From Stegostoma tigrinum (Eukaryota), in NCBI RefSeq assembly GCF_030684315.1, contig NC_081379.1, forward strand, positions 43,481,404 to 43,545,403: a DNA stretch of 64,000 nucleotides. The letters are read 5' to 3'. This document shows positions 50,697 through 64,000 of the stretch, one piece after another. The position numbers and the translations under genes are program-made. Every line of letters begins with the position of its first letter. The first letter of the stretch is position 1. Under the pieces are notes generated by a model. That model had not been told where the DNA came from. It did not search any database and saw nothing but the letters and a program-made list of their open reading frames with translations.

Positions 50697-50706
50697 ATGC
50701 AAATGA
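50697..50706 (-). promoter_or_regulatory. Octamer/decamer motif TCATTTGCAT in light-chain orientation
   Basis: Exact ATTTGCAT on the - strand fitting TNATTTGCAT, about 410 bp upstream of the leader ATG (farther than usual). Confidence 0.3.
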
Positions 50707-50814
50707 GAAAAAAAACACTACTTTAAAAAGGACATAAAATACAAGGAATGTTTGCAGCTTTGGATAAATAAGTGATGTTGACTGCTCCAGATAAAACAAT
50801 ATTACTTCTGGTAC

Positions 50815-51614
50815 ACTGTGTCCAGATAAACATGTTAGTGTGATCAGGATAAATCTACCTAGAGACAGACTTTTGATTGGCTTTCCAACAGATATCGTAT
50901 TGTGGATTCAGGAGAGCTTAGTGTAGTAGCAAGCTCGGATTGGTCGCAGTTCAGCACAGAGCCTATGACGGAGAATGCGAACCAAGCAGGTCCGAAACCT
51001 CGGAAGCTTGCTTCACCATCTTTCCATCATTAAAATCTCTTGCACTATAAAACTCGCACTCACCACTGAAAGAGCAGGGATAAACTACATGCCGAGTTTC
51101 TTAAAGAAATTATCCTAAAACTCAAAGGGATAAGAAAAAGCCCAAATCCAACCAAGCAACCAGTTAACTAGAAACTGGTCATCGTTGAATAGAGACCTTC
51201 AATGTATCAGGGAGGAATGGAACAGGATGGTGTAACCAACTCATCTAGATTTGTGAATTTTGACTGATGTTACCCAATTGTATTCTACTGAGTATCGTTC
51301 ACCCCTTCATGACATTTGTGTCTTGACTGTTTTCCTTTGTGTGTCAATGTGTGGAAATTATGAAAGGAGTAAAGTTTAAGCTACATAAAATTGAAATCTT
51401 GTTCTTTTACTATTCCCATTAAAGTTATATTCTTATAATAAATAGAGTAATTTTTATTGCTACTGAAGAAACTTGGAGTGGTTTCCTCTTATCGTAGGTA
51501 GCAGTCAATCAGAGTTGGGACTTCTGGTCGTATCATTAAATAGTCACATTTATGGCGATATTAGGGAATATTGTGCCTTGAATGTGCAGTGCACTATCCC
51601 AGTGGATCACGACA
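50815..51614 (+). mobile_element. Possible solo LTR
   Basis: Ends in ...cccagtggatcacgaCA with an AT-rich poly(A)-signal-like region; 5' boundary uncertain. Confidence 0.3.
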
Positions 51615-51959
51615 CAATTAACTAAGGCCTGCCAATGTTACCATTTGTGGAGCTGTATAAAATGAGATCATTATTTGTTTTTTTTACGGTTTCAGGTACT
51701 ATTAAGAATGTTATGGGACTTGGTGAAGGGAGGAGAGGCATGCTCCACACCCACAGTGAAGCACTTTGTCCCATTCTGCTGATCCAGCTCAGTTATGGTG
51801 GCGGGAAGTAAAACACATTGGATTTGCCAACTTTATTGACAGCAATGATTCAATTCACACTTACAAAGTAGCCATGGATTGCATGCTGTAAATTTGAATT
51901 AATATTCTATGTAAAGAGAATCCTGAGGCATTTTATATGTATTTTGGAACGAGAGGATA

Positions 51960-54900
51960 GCTCGGGAAAAGGTAAGTCAAGGACAAAGAAAGAAATTTAC
52001 GTCTGAGCCGGAGGATGTCCTTAATGATTACCTCATATCAGTATTCCTTAAGAAGAAGGACATGGATGATAATAAGATTCAGGAGGGCTACATTGATATT
52101 CTAGTGTATCATGAAATTAAAAAAGAAGTGTTGGGCATCTTGAAAAACATTAAGGTAAACAAGTCCCCAGGGCCTGTTGGGATCTATCACAGGATACTGA
52201 GGGAAGCATTTGAAGAGATTGCTGGGGCCTTTACAGAGGTCTTTGTATTCCCCTTTAGTCACAGTTGAAGCACCAGAAAACTGGAGAATAACCAATGTTG
52301 TTCCTTTATTTAAGAAGGGATCAGGGAAAGTCCAGGAAATTATATACTGGTGAACCTTACGTCAGTGTAAGGGAAATTATCGGGCAAGATTCTTAGGAGT
52401 AGTCTTTACACACAAAGAAACCTGTTCAACTATATTGAATGATTGACTCTTAACTGTCCTCTGGGCAATCAAAAGTGGGCAATAAATGCTATCTACACAG
52501 TGACACCCTCATCCTGTGATAAAGGGATAAAAAAAAAACAACAGGTTGATTAGAATGACTATACATGTGGCCAATTATATGAATTTATTATACACCAGTC
52601 AGTACTGATGTACACCCCTACCCCCATCTTGAAATATAACAGCCTTAACATTGAAACTTGGTGTCGTGTGATTTTTGACCTTGGAAAAGAATGGACTTAT
52701 TATGAATAGTCAGTATGGTTTTGTGCACAGGACATCTGGTCTCACAAAATTGATTGAGTTATTTCAGTAAGATGACTGACACAAGATGATTGATAAGGCA
52801 AGTAGATACTGTCTGCATGGACTTTAGTAAAGCATTTGACAAGATCCCTCATGATAGTCTGTCCAGAAGACTAAGTCACATGGGATCCACTGTGAGTTGG
52901 TAAGTTGGATACAACATTGGCTTGGTCATAGAAGAAATAGGTCGATGTGGAGGGGTGTTTTTTTTTCTGATTGGAAGTCTGTGACTCAGCGGTGTTCTGC
53001 AAGGATCAGTGCTGGGACCTTTATAACAGGAGTACATGATAGCCTCATGATATTATCACTAGACTATTAATCCAGAAACCCAACAAATTTTCTGGTGACT
53101 CGGGTTTGAATCTCACCATGGCAGTGGTGGTATTTGAATTGAGTAATTAAAAAAAAGTCTGGAATTAAAAATCTACTGACCACCATGAAATCATTGCTGA
53201 TTGTCAGAAAAAAACCCATCTAGTTCATGAATGTCCTTCAGGAAAGGAAAACTGCCACCCTCACCTGATCTGGTCTACATGTGACTCCAGATCCACAGCA
53301 ATGTGGCTGACTCTCAACTGCCCTCTGAAATGGCCTAGCTAGCCACTCAGTTGTACCAATCACTACAAGGTTGCAAAGAAATTAAACCTGATAGACTAAC
53401 TGGCATTGACCCACGCACTGGAAAAGAAAACGGCAGAAACAGCCCTGTCAAAAGAATGTAATGTCCTCCTCACTAACATCTGGGAGCTAGTGCCAAAACT
53501 GGGAGGGCTGACTCACAGACTAGTCATTTGTGACCTCATCCTTACCAATCTGCCAGCTGCAGTTGCATCCATCCATGACAGTATCAGTAAGACTGACCAT
53601 TGCACAGTCCTTTTGGAGATGAAGTCCCACCTTCATATTGAGAATAATTTCCATCATGTTGTGTGGCACTATCACTGTGCTTTGGGACAGACTTTGCACT
53701 GATCTAGCAACTCAACACTGGGCATCCATGAGGAGAATTGTAGCAGAATTGTACTCCAGCACAATCTGCAACCTAATGGCACAGCATAGTCCTCCCTTGA
53801 CCATGACCATCAAACCAAGGGATCAACCCTGGTTCAATGAAGAGTGCAGGAGGACGTGCCAGGAGCAGCACCAGGCATACCTGAAGATGAAGTATCAACC
53901 TGGTGAAGACACCAAACAGGGATAATTGCATGCCAAACAGCAAAAACAGCAAGTGATAGACAGAGCTATGCAATGACACAACCAATGGATCCCATCTAAG
54001 CTCTGCAGTCCTGCCACATCCAGTTGTGAATGGTGGTGGACAATTAAACAACTCACTAGAGAAGGAGGCTCCACAAATTTCCCCATCCTCAATGATGGAA
54101 AAGCCCAGAACATCAGTGCAAAAGACAATGCTGAAGCATTCACAGCAATCTTCAGCTACTAGAAGTGCTGAGTGGATAATCCATCTTGGCCTCCTCCAAC
54201 AACTCACAGCACCACAGCTACTAGTCTTCAGCTAATTTGATTCACTGCATGTGATATCAAGAAATGGTTGGAGACACTGGATACTGCAAAGGCTACAGTC
54301 CCTGATAATATTCTGGGAATAGTACTGAATACTTGTGCTGTAGAACTTGCTGCTCCCTTAGCCAAGCTATTCCAATACTCTTATCTTTTTGGCAATGTGC
54401 AAAACTGCCCAAGTATATCCTGTACATAAAAAGCAGGATAAATCCAACCCAGCTAATTACCACCCCAACAGTCTACTCTCAATCATCAGTAAAGTGATGG
54501 AAGGCATCATCAACGGTGCTATCAAGTAGCACCTGCTCAGCAATAACCTGCTCAGTGATGTGCAGAATGTGTTCTGCCAGGGCCACTCAGCTCCTGATCT
54601 CATTACATCCTTGGTTAATACATGCGCAAGAGAACTGAATTCCAGAAGTGAGGTGAGAGTGACAGTCTTTGACATCAAGGCTGCATTCAACCAAATGTGG
54701 CATCTTGGAACCCTAAGAAAACTGGAATCAATGGGACAAACACTCCAGCGGTTGCACTCATACCTTCACACATAGACAGATGGTCGTGACTGTGGGAGGT
54801 CAATCATCTCAGTTCCAGCTCATCTCTGCAGGAGTTTGTCAGAATTGTGTCCTCGGCCCAACTATCTTCAGCTGCTTCATCAATGACCTTCCCTCCATCA

Positions 54901-56125
54901 TAAGGTCAGAAATGAGGATGTTCACCGATGACTGCACAATGTTCAGCATCATTTGTGACTCCTCAGATACTGAAGCAGTCCATGGTCACATGCAACAAGA
55001 TCTGGAAAATATCCAGGCATTGGCTGACAAGTGGCAAATGACATTCATGCAACATAAATGCCACGCTATGACTATCACCAATAAGAGACAATCTAACCAC
55101 CACCCCTTGATATTCAACGGTGTTACCATGACTGAATTCTCCACTATCACCATCATGATTATCATTGACCAGAAACTCAACTGGCCTCACCACATAAACA
55201 CCACAAGAGCAGGTTGCAAGCTAGGAATATTGCTGTGAGTAACTCGCTTCCTGACTTCTCAAAGCCTGTCCACCATCTACAAGGCACAAGTCAGGAGTGT
55301 GATGGAATACTCCCCACTTGCCTGGATGAGTGCAGCTCCAACAACAGTCAAGAAGCTCCACACCATCCAGGACAAAGCAGCCACTTGATTGGCACTATAT
55401 CCACAAACATTCACTCCGTCCACCACCGATGTTCAGTAGCAGCAGTGTGTACTATCTAGAGGAAGCACTGCAGAAATTCACCAAAGATCCTCATACAGCA
55501 CCCTCCAAACCCATAAACACTTCTTTCTAGAAGGACATGGGTAGCAGACATATAGAATTACCAACACCTCCAAGTTCCCCTCCAAGCCACTCACCATTCT
55601 GACTTGGAAATATGTTACTGTTCCTTCACTGTCGCTGGGTCAAAGTCCTGGAATTCCCTTCCTAATGACATTGTGAGTCAATATACAGCTGGTAGACTGC
55701 AGCAGTTCAAGGATGCAGCTCACTACCACCTTATCAAGGGCGACTATGCATGGGCAAGAAATGTTGGCCACATTTCACAAATGAATAGAAGAACTATATA
55801 TGTAACATGTCTCTCCTCCGTTCACCAAGACCCATCACTTTCTTAATAGTAATAGCCGCGGGTGACACGAAAATTAGTGGAGTTGTGGATAGTGAGCACA
55901 ATTGTCAAAGGATATCTCAGAATCCCTGACACTCCTGTTTATATCTGTCAGCCAGGATTTACTGATTGGACCAGGTTCACAGCCGCAATATGGGAATTTA
56001 TATTCTACGAGGTCCACCTAGCTAATTTGGTTCGTTACTACGGGATTAGTTTAGAGTGGCATGATGATCGACACTAAAATGATGGGCTGAACGGCCTGTT
56101 CCTGGGCTGCACTGTTCTATGTTCT
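51960..56125 (+). mobile_element. Degenerate CR1 LINE split by a nested LINE
   Basis: KSPGPVGIYHRILRE and DFSKAFDK before 53028; resumes with A.DTKI.GVVDSE near 55858; CR1 tail at about 56125. Confidence 0.7.
53028..55790 (+). mobile_element. L2/CR1-clade LINE with tRNA-like 5' head and fragmented EN/RT ORF
   Basis: DLILTN, DHCTVL, QPWFNEEC, FDIKAAF, GPTIFSCFINDL, FTDD motifs. Confidence 0.85.
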
Positions 56126-56892
56126 GCACGCGCTGAAGCAGAGCCCAGCGAAAATAAATCATTTCGTTAGTTTGCACTTGACATTACAAAGTTCTTTAGA
56201 AGTGTCTAACAAATTTAGCACAATAGTTTAGATGATGATTTGACCGCACTGACAATCTGAACTCGCTATCCACAATGCATGCCTCAAATGGCTTGATCGA
56301 ATTTCCAAAGAAAGACGCGCTCGCCTCTGTGCAAGTTATCAGGAGTCAACGGGATTTATACCCGTCTTTTAAGACTGGGTTTATTCATTTGCGTACGTAA
56401 GAACTAACTGGCATTTAAATGCTGTAGAGATTGAAAGCGACAGTATATAAAATCCGGTGAAATATAAACTCTTCAACCTGTGCTCCAGAGCCAAATTTGA
56501 CTCCAAATAGCCCACGGATATACTAACTGTTGTCCAGCAAATGCAGCACAGTTGGCTGGAATCATTCAGGCATTCACGAAACCAGTTCTCATTCTCCTTT
56601 TGTCACTCCCTCTCGAAAGTTCACATCATTCCCTAACATTTTGTCCATTTATCCAAAACCTTATTTTTCGGAAGATATCCGATACTAGTAAGTCAATGCT
56701 TCTGGGAACCACCTCCGGCTTAATCTTTATTGGAAGTGGCTTTTGTTGTTGAGCATGTATCCCATTGACCCAGGCCAATTTCGTTAAGAGCAATGTTCTA
56801 GATTCAACATTTCCACGTTATCTTGTACATCGGACTAAAGGCACCTGTCGGATGTGTAATTTCAATACAGAAACACCACTCATTTCACTCAG

Positions 56893-56983
56893 AGATCATG
56901 GGAACTGCAGATGCTGGAGAATCCAAGCTAACAAAGTGTGGGGCTGCTTGGCCCGCTGTGTTCTTCCGGCCCCACACTGTGTT
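56893..56983. mobile_element. Internally deleted palindromic PLE-derived insertion
   Basis: 16-bp TSD cactcatttcactcag at 56877-56892 and 56984-56999. Confidence 0.75.
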
Positions 56984-57004
56984 CACTCATTTCACTCAGC
57001 CTTC

Positions 57005-57160
57005 TCTCCGCCCTCTGGCTTCTCAATCTGACGTAGCGCGAACTGACGTCGCTCGACAAGGCGTCATCGGAATAACGGGCCTCGCAAATCTAAGTCTCGG
57101 CGCTGATGCCAATGCCGTCGCGTCCTGATGATGCGGACGTGCGTTTTGCGCACGCGCAGA
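57005..57160. promoter_or_regulatory. Small CpG island with promoter-type motifs
   Basis: Dense CpGs against a depleted background; CRE-like TGACGT at 57029 and TGACGTC at 57044; NRF1-like TGCGCACGCGCA at 57147-57158. Confidence 0.55.
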
Positions 57161-57377
57161 TTTATTTAGTTTCATCTTCAGAATTTGAGCGACTAGCAAT
57201 CCTTTGGACCGGCAGTTCAGTACTTCCGTTCATCTGGACTAATTCTTCCAATTTGCCTCTGAAGCACCAATTACTTTCTGTCTCTTAATTTCATAAAATA
57301 CACGAAATTTATATTTACTGCGTAGAGCCTTGAGTTGAGAACAGGTGGAACCTTATCAAATTCTGTTTTCTTTTTCA

Positions 57378-57620
57378 GGGAGGCAGTGGTCTACTGGTGG
57401 TAACACTAGACTATTAATCCAGAAATCCAGGTAATGCTCTGAGAAAAAGGATTGTTGATTGTTGTGAAAACCCATCTGATTCACCAACGTGCTTACAAAA
57501 GATGTCCGCTGTTATTCCGTGGTTTAGCCTACAGGTAATTCTAGACCCACTGGGCCACAAGGGATGGTCAGTAAATGCCAGCCTAGCCAACAATGCCTAC
57601 ATCCCAAGAAAAAATAAGAT
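57378..57620 (+). mobile_element. Degenerate copy of the tRNA-headed SINE-like element
   Basis: ctagactattaatccagaa head and aaatgccagcctagcc tail. Confidence 0.55.
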
Positions 57621-58944
57621 TAAAATTTCATTATATAACCTGGAGGAGTTTGCTGAGAGTAGCCAACAGTCCTGGTACACAAGACCTCAACACTATAATC
57701 AGTGGTATGTCCATTATCGATAGCTACTTTGTACTCTTAGATGGAGTTAATTAATTTGCAAGGGGTGGGATGACATTATATGACTTATATGAATGCAGTG
57801 AAAAGTTTACAAAGTCACCATGCACAGTGCCATCTTAAGTACAAAGGTACCTGAGTACATGATCTTAGGAATAAAAGGTTCAGCACTACAGCCCTTCAAG
57901 CTGATTTCACCAGGGTTCATCACCAAATTGCACTGGGTATTGCCATCAGATTGCACCAGGTCTCACCTGCAGATCATGCCAGGACAATACCTCCAGATCA
58001 CGCCAGGATTGACAGAAGAGACATGTCTGTCGGGGAGCAATGCATTGTAATTGCTATGAATAGTAATTGACTTCCAAAAAACACCATCCTGTACTGTTCA
58101 AAACACCTTCAAAATTTCATTTGCTTGTTGTAGCTGTAGAAGTCTTATGTGTTATTATGAATTATTTATCCTTACTTAATGCCCAGTTAGCCACCTCTGA
58201 AGCATAGCCCACTCTATTGCTCAAAATTCCATGATTTGGATTACACTACAGACAAATGTATTTGTGAATGGAACCAGCAAAATTCTTAATGAACAGTGTC
58301 CCTGGTCTCAAAAATGTCATCCATCAATCTCTTTCCCAATCACGCAAAATATGTTAGTGTTTCTTTGCCTCGGGAATAGGAGAGCTGGGGAGCAGGTTTC
58401 TGACTTGAACTGCATATCATCAGGAGAGATCCAGCCTTCTTGATGCCAAAGAAGCAGGAAGGATTTGCTCATCAACATAAGTTATCATTCTTGTGGTCTC
58501 CTGAACTAGTTTTAAATACCTTAATAAGGCAAGGAAGAATTGCTAATTGATTCATACTTGTTGGGGGATGTTACCAGCTAGTTCACTTCAGTCTCCTGGA
58601 GATTACCTTATCAGGAAAGGCTACAGACGCTAGGCCTATATCCTCTGGAATTTAACAAAATCACAGGTAAGTTAACTGAAGCATATAAGATCCTAAGGGG
58701 ACTTGACCAGGTAGATGTGGAATGGATGTTTCCTCTTGGGGGAACATCTAGAATCGGGATCGTAGTTTACAACTAAAGAGTTGCCTTTTAAGGTAGAGAT
58801 AAGGAAGATCATTCTGTCAGGGAGTTGTGAGTCTTCGAAATTTCCTTCCTCAAAATGTATAGATGCCAAATCTTTAAACCTTTTAACTATTGAGGTGGAT
58901 AGAATCTTGATTATAATGAGCCAGACTTGATAAAAGACCTTAAA

Positions 58945-61238
58945 ATAAGGGAACACTTAGGAGGTAGCGATCATAATATGGTAGAGTAGTCTGCAGTTTG
59001 AAAGAGAGAAGGCAAAATCAGATGTAACGGTGTTACAGTTAAATAAAGGTAATTACAGGGGCATGAGAGAGGAATTGACGAAAATTGATTGGAAGCAGAG
59101 CCTGGCGGAGAAGATAGTAGAGCAACAGTGGCAGGAGTTTCTGGGTGTAATTGAGGACACAGTACAGAGGTTCATCCCTAAGAAAAGAAAGATTATCTGA
59201 GGTGGGATTAGACAGCCATGGCTGACAAAGGAAGTCAGGAAATATAGCAAAGAAAAAGAGACAGCCTATAAAGTGGCCAACAGCACTGGGAAATGAGAAG
59301 ATCGGAAAGGCTACAAAAACAAACAGAGGATAACAAAGAGAGCAATAAGGAAGGAGAGGATCAAATATGAAGGTAGGCTAGCTAGTAACATTAGAAATGA
59401 TAGTAAAAGCTTCTTTCAATACATAAGAAACAAACGAGAGGCAAAAGTAGACATTGGGCTGCTCCAAATTGATGCTGGAATGCTAGTGGTGGGAGATAAG
59501 GAAATAGCTGAAGAACTTAATAAGTACTTTGAATCAGTCTTCACAGTGGAAGACATGAGTAGTATGCCAACAATTAGGGAGAGTCAGGGGGCAGAGTTGA
59601 GTATGGTAGGCATTACAAAACAGAAAGTGCTAGAAAAGCTAAAAGGTCTGAAAATTGATAAATCTCCTGGCCCCGATGGGCTACATCCTAGAGTTCTGAG
59701 GAAGGTGGCTGAGGAAATAACGGAGGCTTTGGTTGTGATCTTTCAAAAGTAACTGGAGTCAGGGAGAGTTCCAGATGATTGGAAAATTGCTGATGTAACC
59801 CCCTTATTTAAGAGAGGATCAAGGCAAAAGATGGAAAATTATAGGCTGATTAGCCTAACCTCGGTAGTTAGTAAAATTCTAGAATCCATTGTCAAGGATG
59901 ACATTTCTAAATTCCTGGAAGTGCAGGGTCAGATTAGAACAAGTCAGCATGGATTTAGTAAGGGGAGGTTGTGCCTGACAAACCTGTTAGAATTCTTTGA
60001 AGAGGTAACAAGTATGTTAGACCAGGGAAACCCAGTAGATGTTATCTATCTAGACTTCCAAAAGGCCTTTGATACGGTGCCTAACGGGAGGCTGCTGAGT
60101 AAGGTGAGGGCCCATGGAGTTCAAGGTGAGCTCTGCCTTGGATTGAGGATTGGCTGTCTGATAGAAGGCAGAGAGTTGGGATGAAAGGCTCTTTTTCGGA
60201 ATGGCAACTGGTGATGAGTGGTGTCCCGCAGGGTTCAGTGTTGGGGCCGCAGCTGTTCACTTTATATATTAATGATCTGGATGAAGAGACTGGGGGCATT
60301 CTGGTGAAGTTTGCTGATGATACGAAGATAGGTGGACAAGCAGGTAGTACTGAGGAGGTGGGGAAGCTGCAGAAAGATTTAGACAGTTTAGGAGAGTGGT
60401 CCAGGAAATGGCTGATGAAATTCAATGTGAGCAAATGTGAGGTTTTGCACTTTGGAAAAAAGAATACAGGCATGAACTATTTTCTACACGGTGAGAAAAT
60501 TTGTAAAGCAGAAGTACAAAGGGATCTGGGAGTGTTGGTCCAGGATTCTCTAAAAGTTAACTTGCAGGTAGAGTCCTTGATTAAGAAAGCAAATGTAATG
60601 TTGTTGTTTATCTCAAGAGCGTTGGAATATAAAAGCAGTGATATGCTTCTGAGACTTTATAAAGCCCTAGTTAGGCCCCATTTAGAATACTGTGTCCAAT
60701 TTTGGGCCCCACACCTCAGGAAGGACATACTAGCCCTGGAGCATGTCCAGCAGAGATTCACATGGGTGATTCCTGGAATGGTAGGTTTAACGTGTGATGA
60801 ACGGCTAAGGATCCTGAGATTGTACTCTTTAGAGTTTAGAAGGTTGAGGGGCGATCTAATAGAAACTTACAAGATAATGTATGGCTTAGAAGGGGTGGAC
60901 ACTAGGAAGTTGTTTCCATTAGGTGGGGAGACTAGGACCCGTTGGCACAGCCTTAAAATTAGAGGGGGTAAATTTAAAACAGAAATGAGACAACATTTCT
61001 TCAGCCAGACAGTGGTGGGCTTGTGGAATTCATTGCCACGGAATGCAGTGGAGGCCGGGACGTTAGATGCCTTCAATGCAGAGATTGACAAATTCTTGAT
61101 CTCACAAGGAATTGAGGGCCACGGGGAGAGTGCAGGGAAGTGGAGTTGAAATACCCATCAGCCATGATCTAAATGGTGGAGTGGACTTGATGGGCTGAAT
61201 GGCCTTACTTCCACTCCTATGTCTTATGGTCTTATGGA
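58945..61238 (+). mobile_element. CR1 LINE (about 2.3 kb, frameshifted ORF2) nested in an older CR1 3' end (58560-58930 and 61240-61370)
   Basis: ORFs 59480, 59831 and 60181 with KSPGPDGLHP, DFQKAFD, FADDTK; (TCTTATGG)n tail. Confidence 0.92.
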
Positions 61239-63069
61239 CTAAATGATTATGCGGGTGTGCAAGAATGCAGTGTTGAGGTTAAAAGTCCAGATCAGCCATG
61301 ATATTATTGAATGACAGGGCAGATTGGAAGGGAAGAGAGGTCTACTCTTGTTCCCTGCTTGAATGTTTCTTGATTGTGTAGCTTTGGCTGTATAGGAAGT
61401 GTTTATATCATGATTCTTAAGACAGCATGACTAAGACTGGTCAGTTGGACCAATTTTACACTTATGTATGTTTTTATTCTTCCTGCATGGCATGAGGAGC
61501 TGTATCTGCAAACACATCAAATTTTGATTTGAATCAGCTTTATTGTCACATGTACTCAAATAAGTGCATGTTTACAGTCGCTGCAGTACAGTGCTATCTT
61601 AGATACAAAGGTACCTAGGTTCAGACACTTAAGATCAATTTCTTAGGAAACAAAAAAAATTACAAAAGTAATGAAATAGTCTAGCATTCCTATTATGGTC
61701 ATAGGAATAAATTAGAAAAGTAAAGAAGAAACAAGTAAAGACCTAGTCCATGCAGCATCTAGCCTCAAGGAAGACTTCCATCACCTTGTCATTCCTTGAT
61801 ATATATTGTATATATCCATGGGTTGAGATAGATTTTCCACAGATAAACAAAATGTATGATTGTGACTCATCAGTCCATGTTACAGTGCTTGAGACATATC
61901 AGCTCATCCAATTTCTCAGAGCCCAACATCACACAACTGAATAAGTCTGTGATGTCCTGAATTGCACAGCTGCTGATGAGACTTGTGGTGGGTGGTGATA
62001 AAGCCATCATCAGACAGTATCTTTTGTGAACTGATCCTCAATACTATTGATATTGGTTACGTGTCTGTCCATGGCTGTAATAGTCATAATGGCCTGTCCC
62101 CAATTGCCTTGGAGTCTCAGTCTCACCTCTGGTTGCATAGTAGGATAGGAAATATAATCAGAGTGATATAAGCAGGTGATTTTGCAGGTGACTTTGAAAA
62201 TTTTGCAGAGAGAGATTAGGCTGAGGATTCAATGATAATTTCAAAGGATGATGGAGCCAAATTTGTTTTCTTTTAGGAGAGAGTTGATGATAATCAATTT
62301 AAAGGGAGGTGACCGAGTATCCCTAGTGATGGAAAAAAAAGCTTTAATTGTTTAAGTTCACATAGAAAGTGGCCAAGGAAGTTACAAAAGCCGACTTACT
62401 GAGGAAGAAAGAAAAGAGTGTAATGTACAGAATGAGGTGCAGTTGACAATTGTGATACCAATCTATCAAATTTATAACATCAGACTCTCTACTTGGCAAA
62501 CAGTGAAAGCAGCATAATCTATAGGGAGCTGAGAGATTCCACAATCAATGAATCAGTTCAAAACGTTGCTTCATTGTCAAATTCAGTCATGAAAAATGGT
62601 GGGGGGGTGGGGGGTGTAGTTAAGGAACAAAAAGGAAGAGGAGATTATGTGAACATCCCAATAAGTGAATGATTTCAGAGCTCAAAACTGCACCAGAATG
62701 GACAAAACAGAAACATTTTAAGCCAGAACTGTGAACACAAGGTGAGGTATTTAGCAGTGGAGTGAGAGTGAATTGTCACGAAATAAGGCAGAAATTGACT
62801 AAATGTAATTCAAGGTAGACCTTAAATACCTTCGGATCGGTGGAAAACTCGTCAACATTTTTAGTCAAATGTAGCACAAACATGAATGGGCTGTGGTTGT
62901 AAAGACTAATGACTTTGCCCTACTTCTTTGCTTCACATGCTAACCTCATCCATCTCCAACTGCTTCATTATGACATTTCCCGCTATCAGAAAGTCAGAAA
63001 TTGGGCTATTGTCTGCTGACTTCTCAGCTCCATTCAGAATTCATCAGATAAATATGCCTATATTAGCTT

Positions 63070-63480
63070 TGATTTATTATTGTCACATGTACCAATTGCA
63101 ATGAAAAGTATTGTTTTGTGTGCTATCCAGACAGATCATTATCTTACATAAGTACCTCAGAGTACCAGAACAGAATGAAGAATGTTGTGTTACAGCTACA
63201 GAGGAAGTGCAGAGAAAGATTAACTCTAATATATGGGAGTACGTTAATAAGCCTGATAACAGGAAGGAATAAGCTATTCTTGAATCTGTTGATACATGTT
63301 TTCAAACTTGTATATCTTTCATCCAATGGAAGAAGGTGGAAGAGAATGTAACTGGGATGGGAGGGGTCTTTGATTATGTTGGCTACTTTTTCAAGGCAGC
63401 GGGAAGTATAAGTGGATGCACTGGAAGGAATGCTAGTTTTTGTGATGGACTAGACTATGTTCACAACTGTCTGGCGACTC
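63070..63480 (-). mobile_element. Rex1/Babar-like LINE 3' end
   Basis: RYTSLKTCINRFKNSLFLPVIRLIN resembles the R.RNSFFP.AIRLLN C-terminal motif; tgacaataataaatc tail. Confidence 0.55.
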
Positions 63481-64000
63481 TACATCTGGCAAGATACAGC
63501 CTAGTTACTTACCTTGGCATTTAATGATTTTGCAATCACCATTCTATTCTCAAGGACTGACCCATTGTCTATTGAAGTGAGGCAGACACTAGGTTTCCTG
63601 CAGGAGGCTGGTAAGCTCTCCCAACGCCTTGATATAATTTACAAACCAAATGTCAAAAATGTGATGGAACACTCTTGCCTTCCTTTACTGTAGCTGTACC
63701 AATGATTAAGATGTTCAGCATCACCTAGGAAAGAAAAATAATCCACTTATTCAACACTTGAACAACCATGCTCAGCGTGGACTCATTTAATTTCTTTATT
63801 TTTCGCAGTATATACTGTCTGGAGTGCAACAAGGTATCATTTATACAATTTTCAAACACATGAACTCAATCATTTAGAAGGACAGAGGCTGCAAATATAT
63901 GGGGATATCATAATCTCCAGATACTTTTGCAATTACACACCATCCTGACTTGGGCACTTTCAGCTGTTCCTTCACCATCATTGCATCAAGTCTTTGGAAC

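Noticed and set aside
50484-50702. 72-aa - strand ORF ending at a GT donor
   Set aside because: No recognisable homology; could be a non-coding exon but unsupported
51751-51790. CACAGTG heptamer as a recombination signal
   Set aside because: No nonamer at 12 or 23 bp spacing and no adjacent V or J coding sequence
57121-57140. CTGATGA inside a small hairpin in the CpG island as a hammerhead
   Set aside because: No GAAA or cleavage triplet in register

Overview
Vertebrate genomic DNA, almost certainly elasmobranch (shark): it carries HE1/V-SINE-type tRNA SINEs, abundant CR1 LINEs and Penelope-like elements (PLEs). The + strand holds the last 12 coding exons of HIRA (5598-38781). All have GT-AG boundaries with compatible phases and give one open frame ending ...QDQLDLLKDK*, with a likely poly(A) signal at 39527. 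Most short ORFs in the supplied track are repeat-derived or spurious. Two things stand out. (1) A PLE-derived family of short insertions carrying a minimal type-I hammerhead ribozyme motif (CUGAUGA-A-stem II-GAAACGUC). Many copies are fold-back palindromes with 9-17 bp target-site duplications, stem II covaries across copies, one copy duplicated a HIRA branch point, and one insertion is essentially only the ribozyme core. (2) About 11 kb downstream of HIRA on the - strand, a decayed leader + pre-joined V-J immunoglobulin-light-chain-like pseudogene (49690-50287), hidden from ORF calling by stop codons and a PLE insertion. A weaker second V-J-like relic lies near 56.5-56.8 kb beside a small CpG island. 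Repeat boundaries are approximate and family names come from motif recognition, not database searches.
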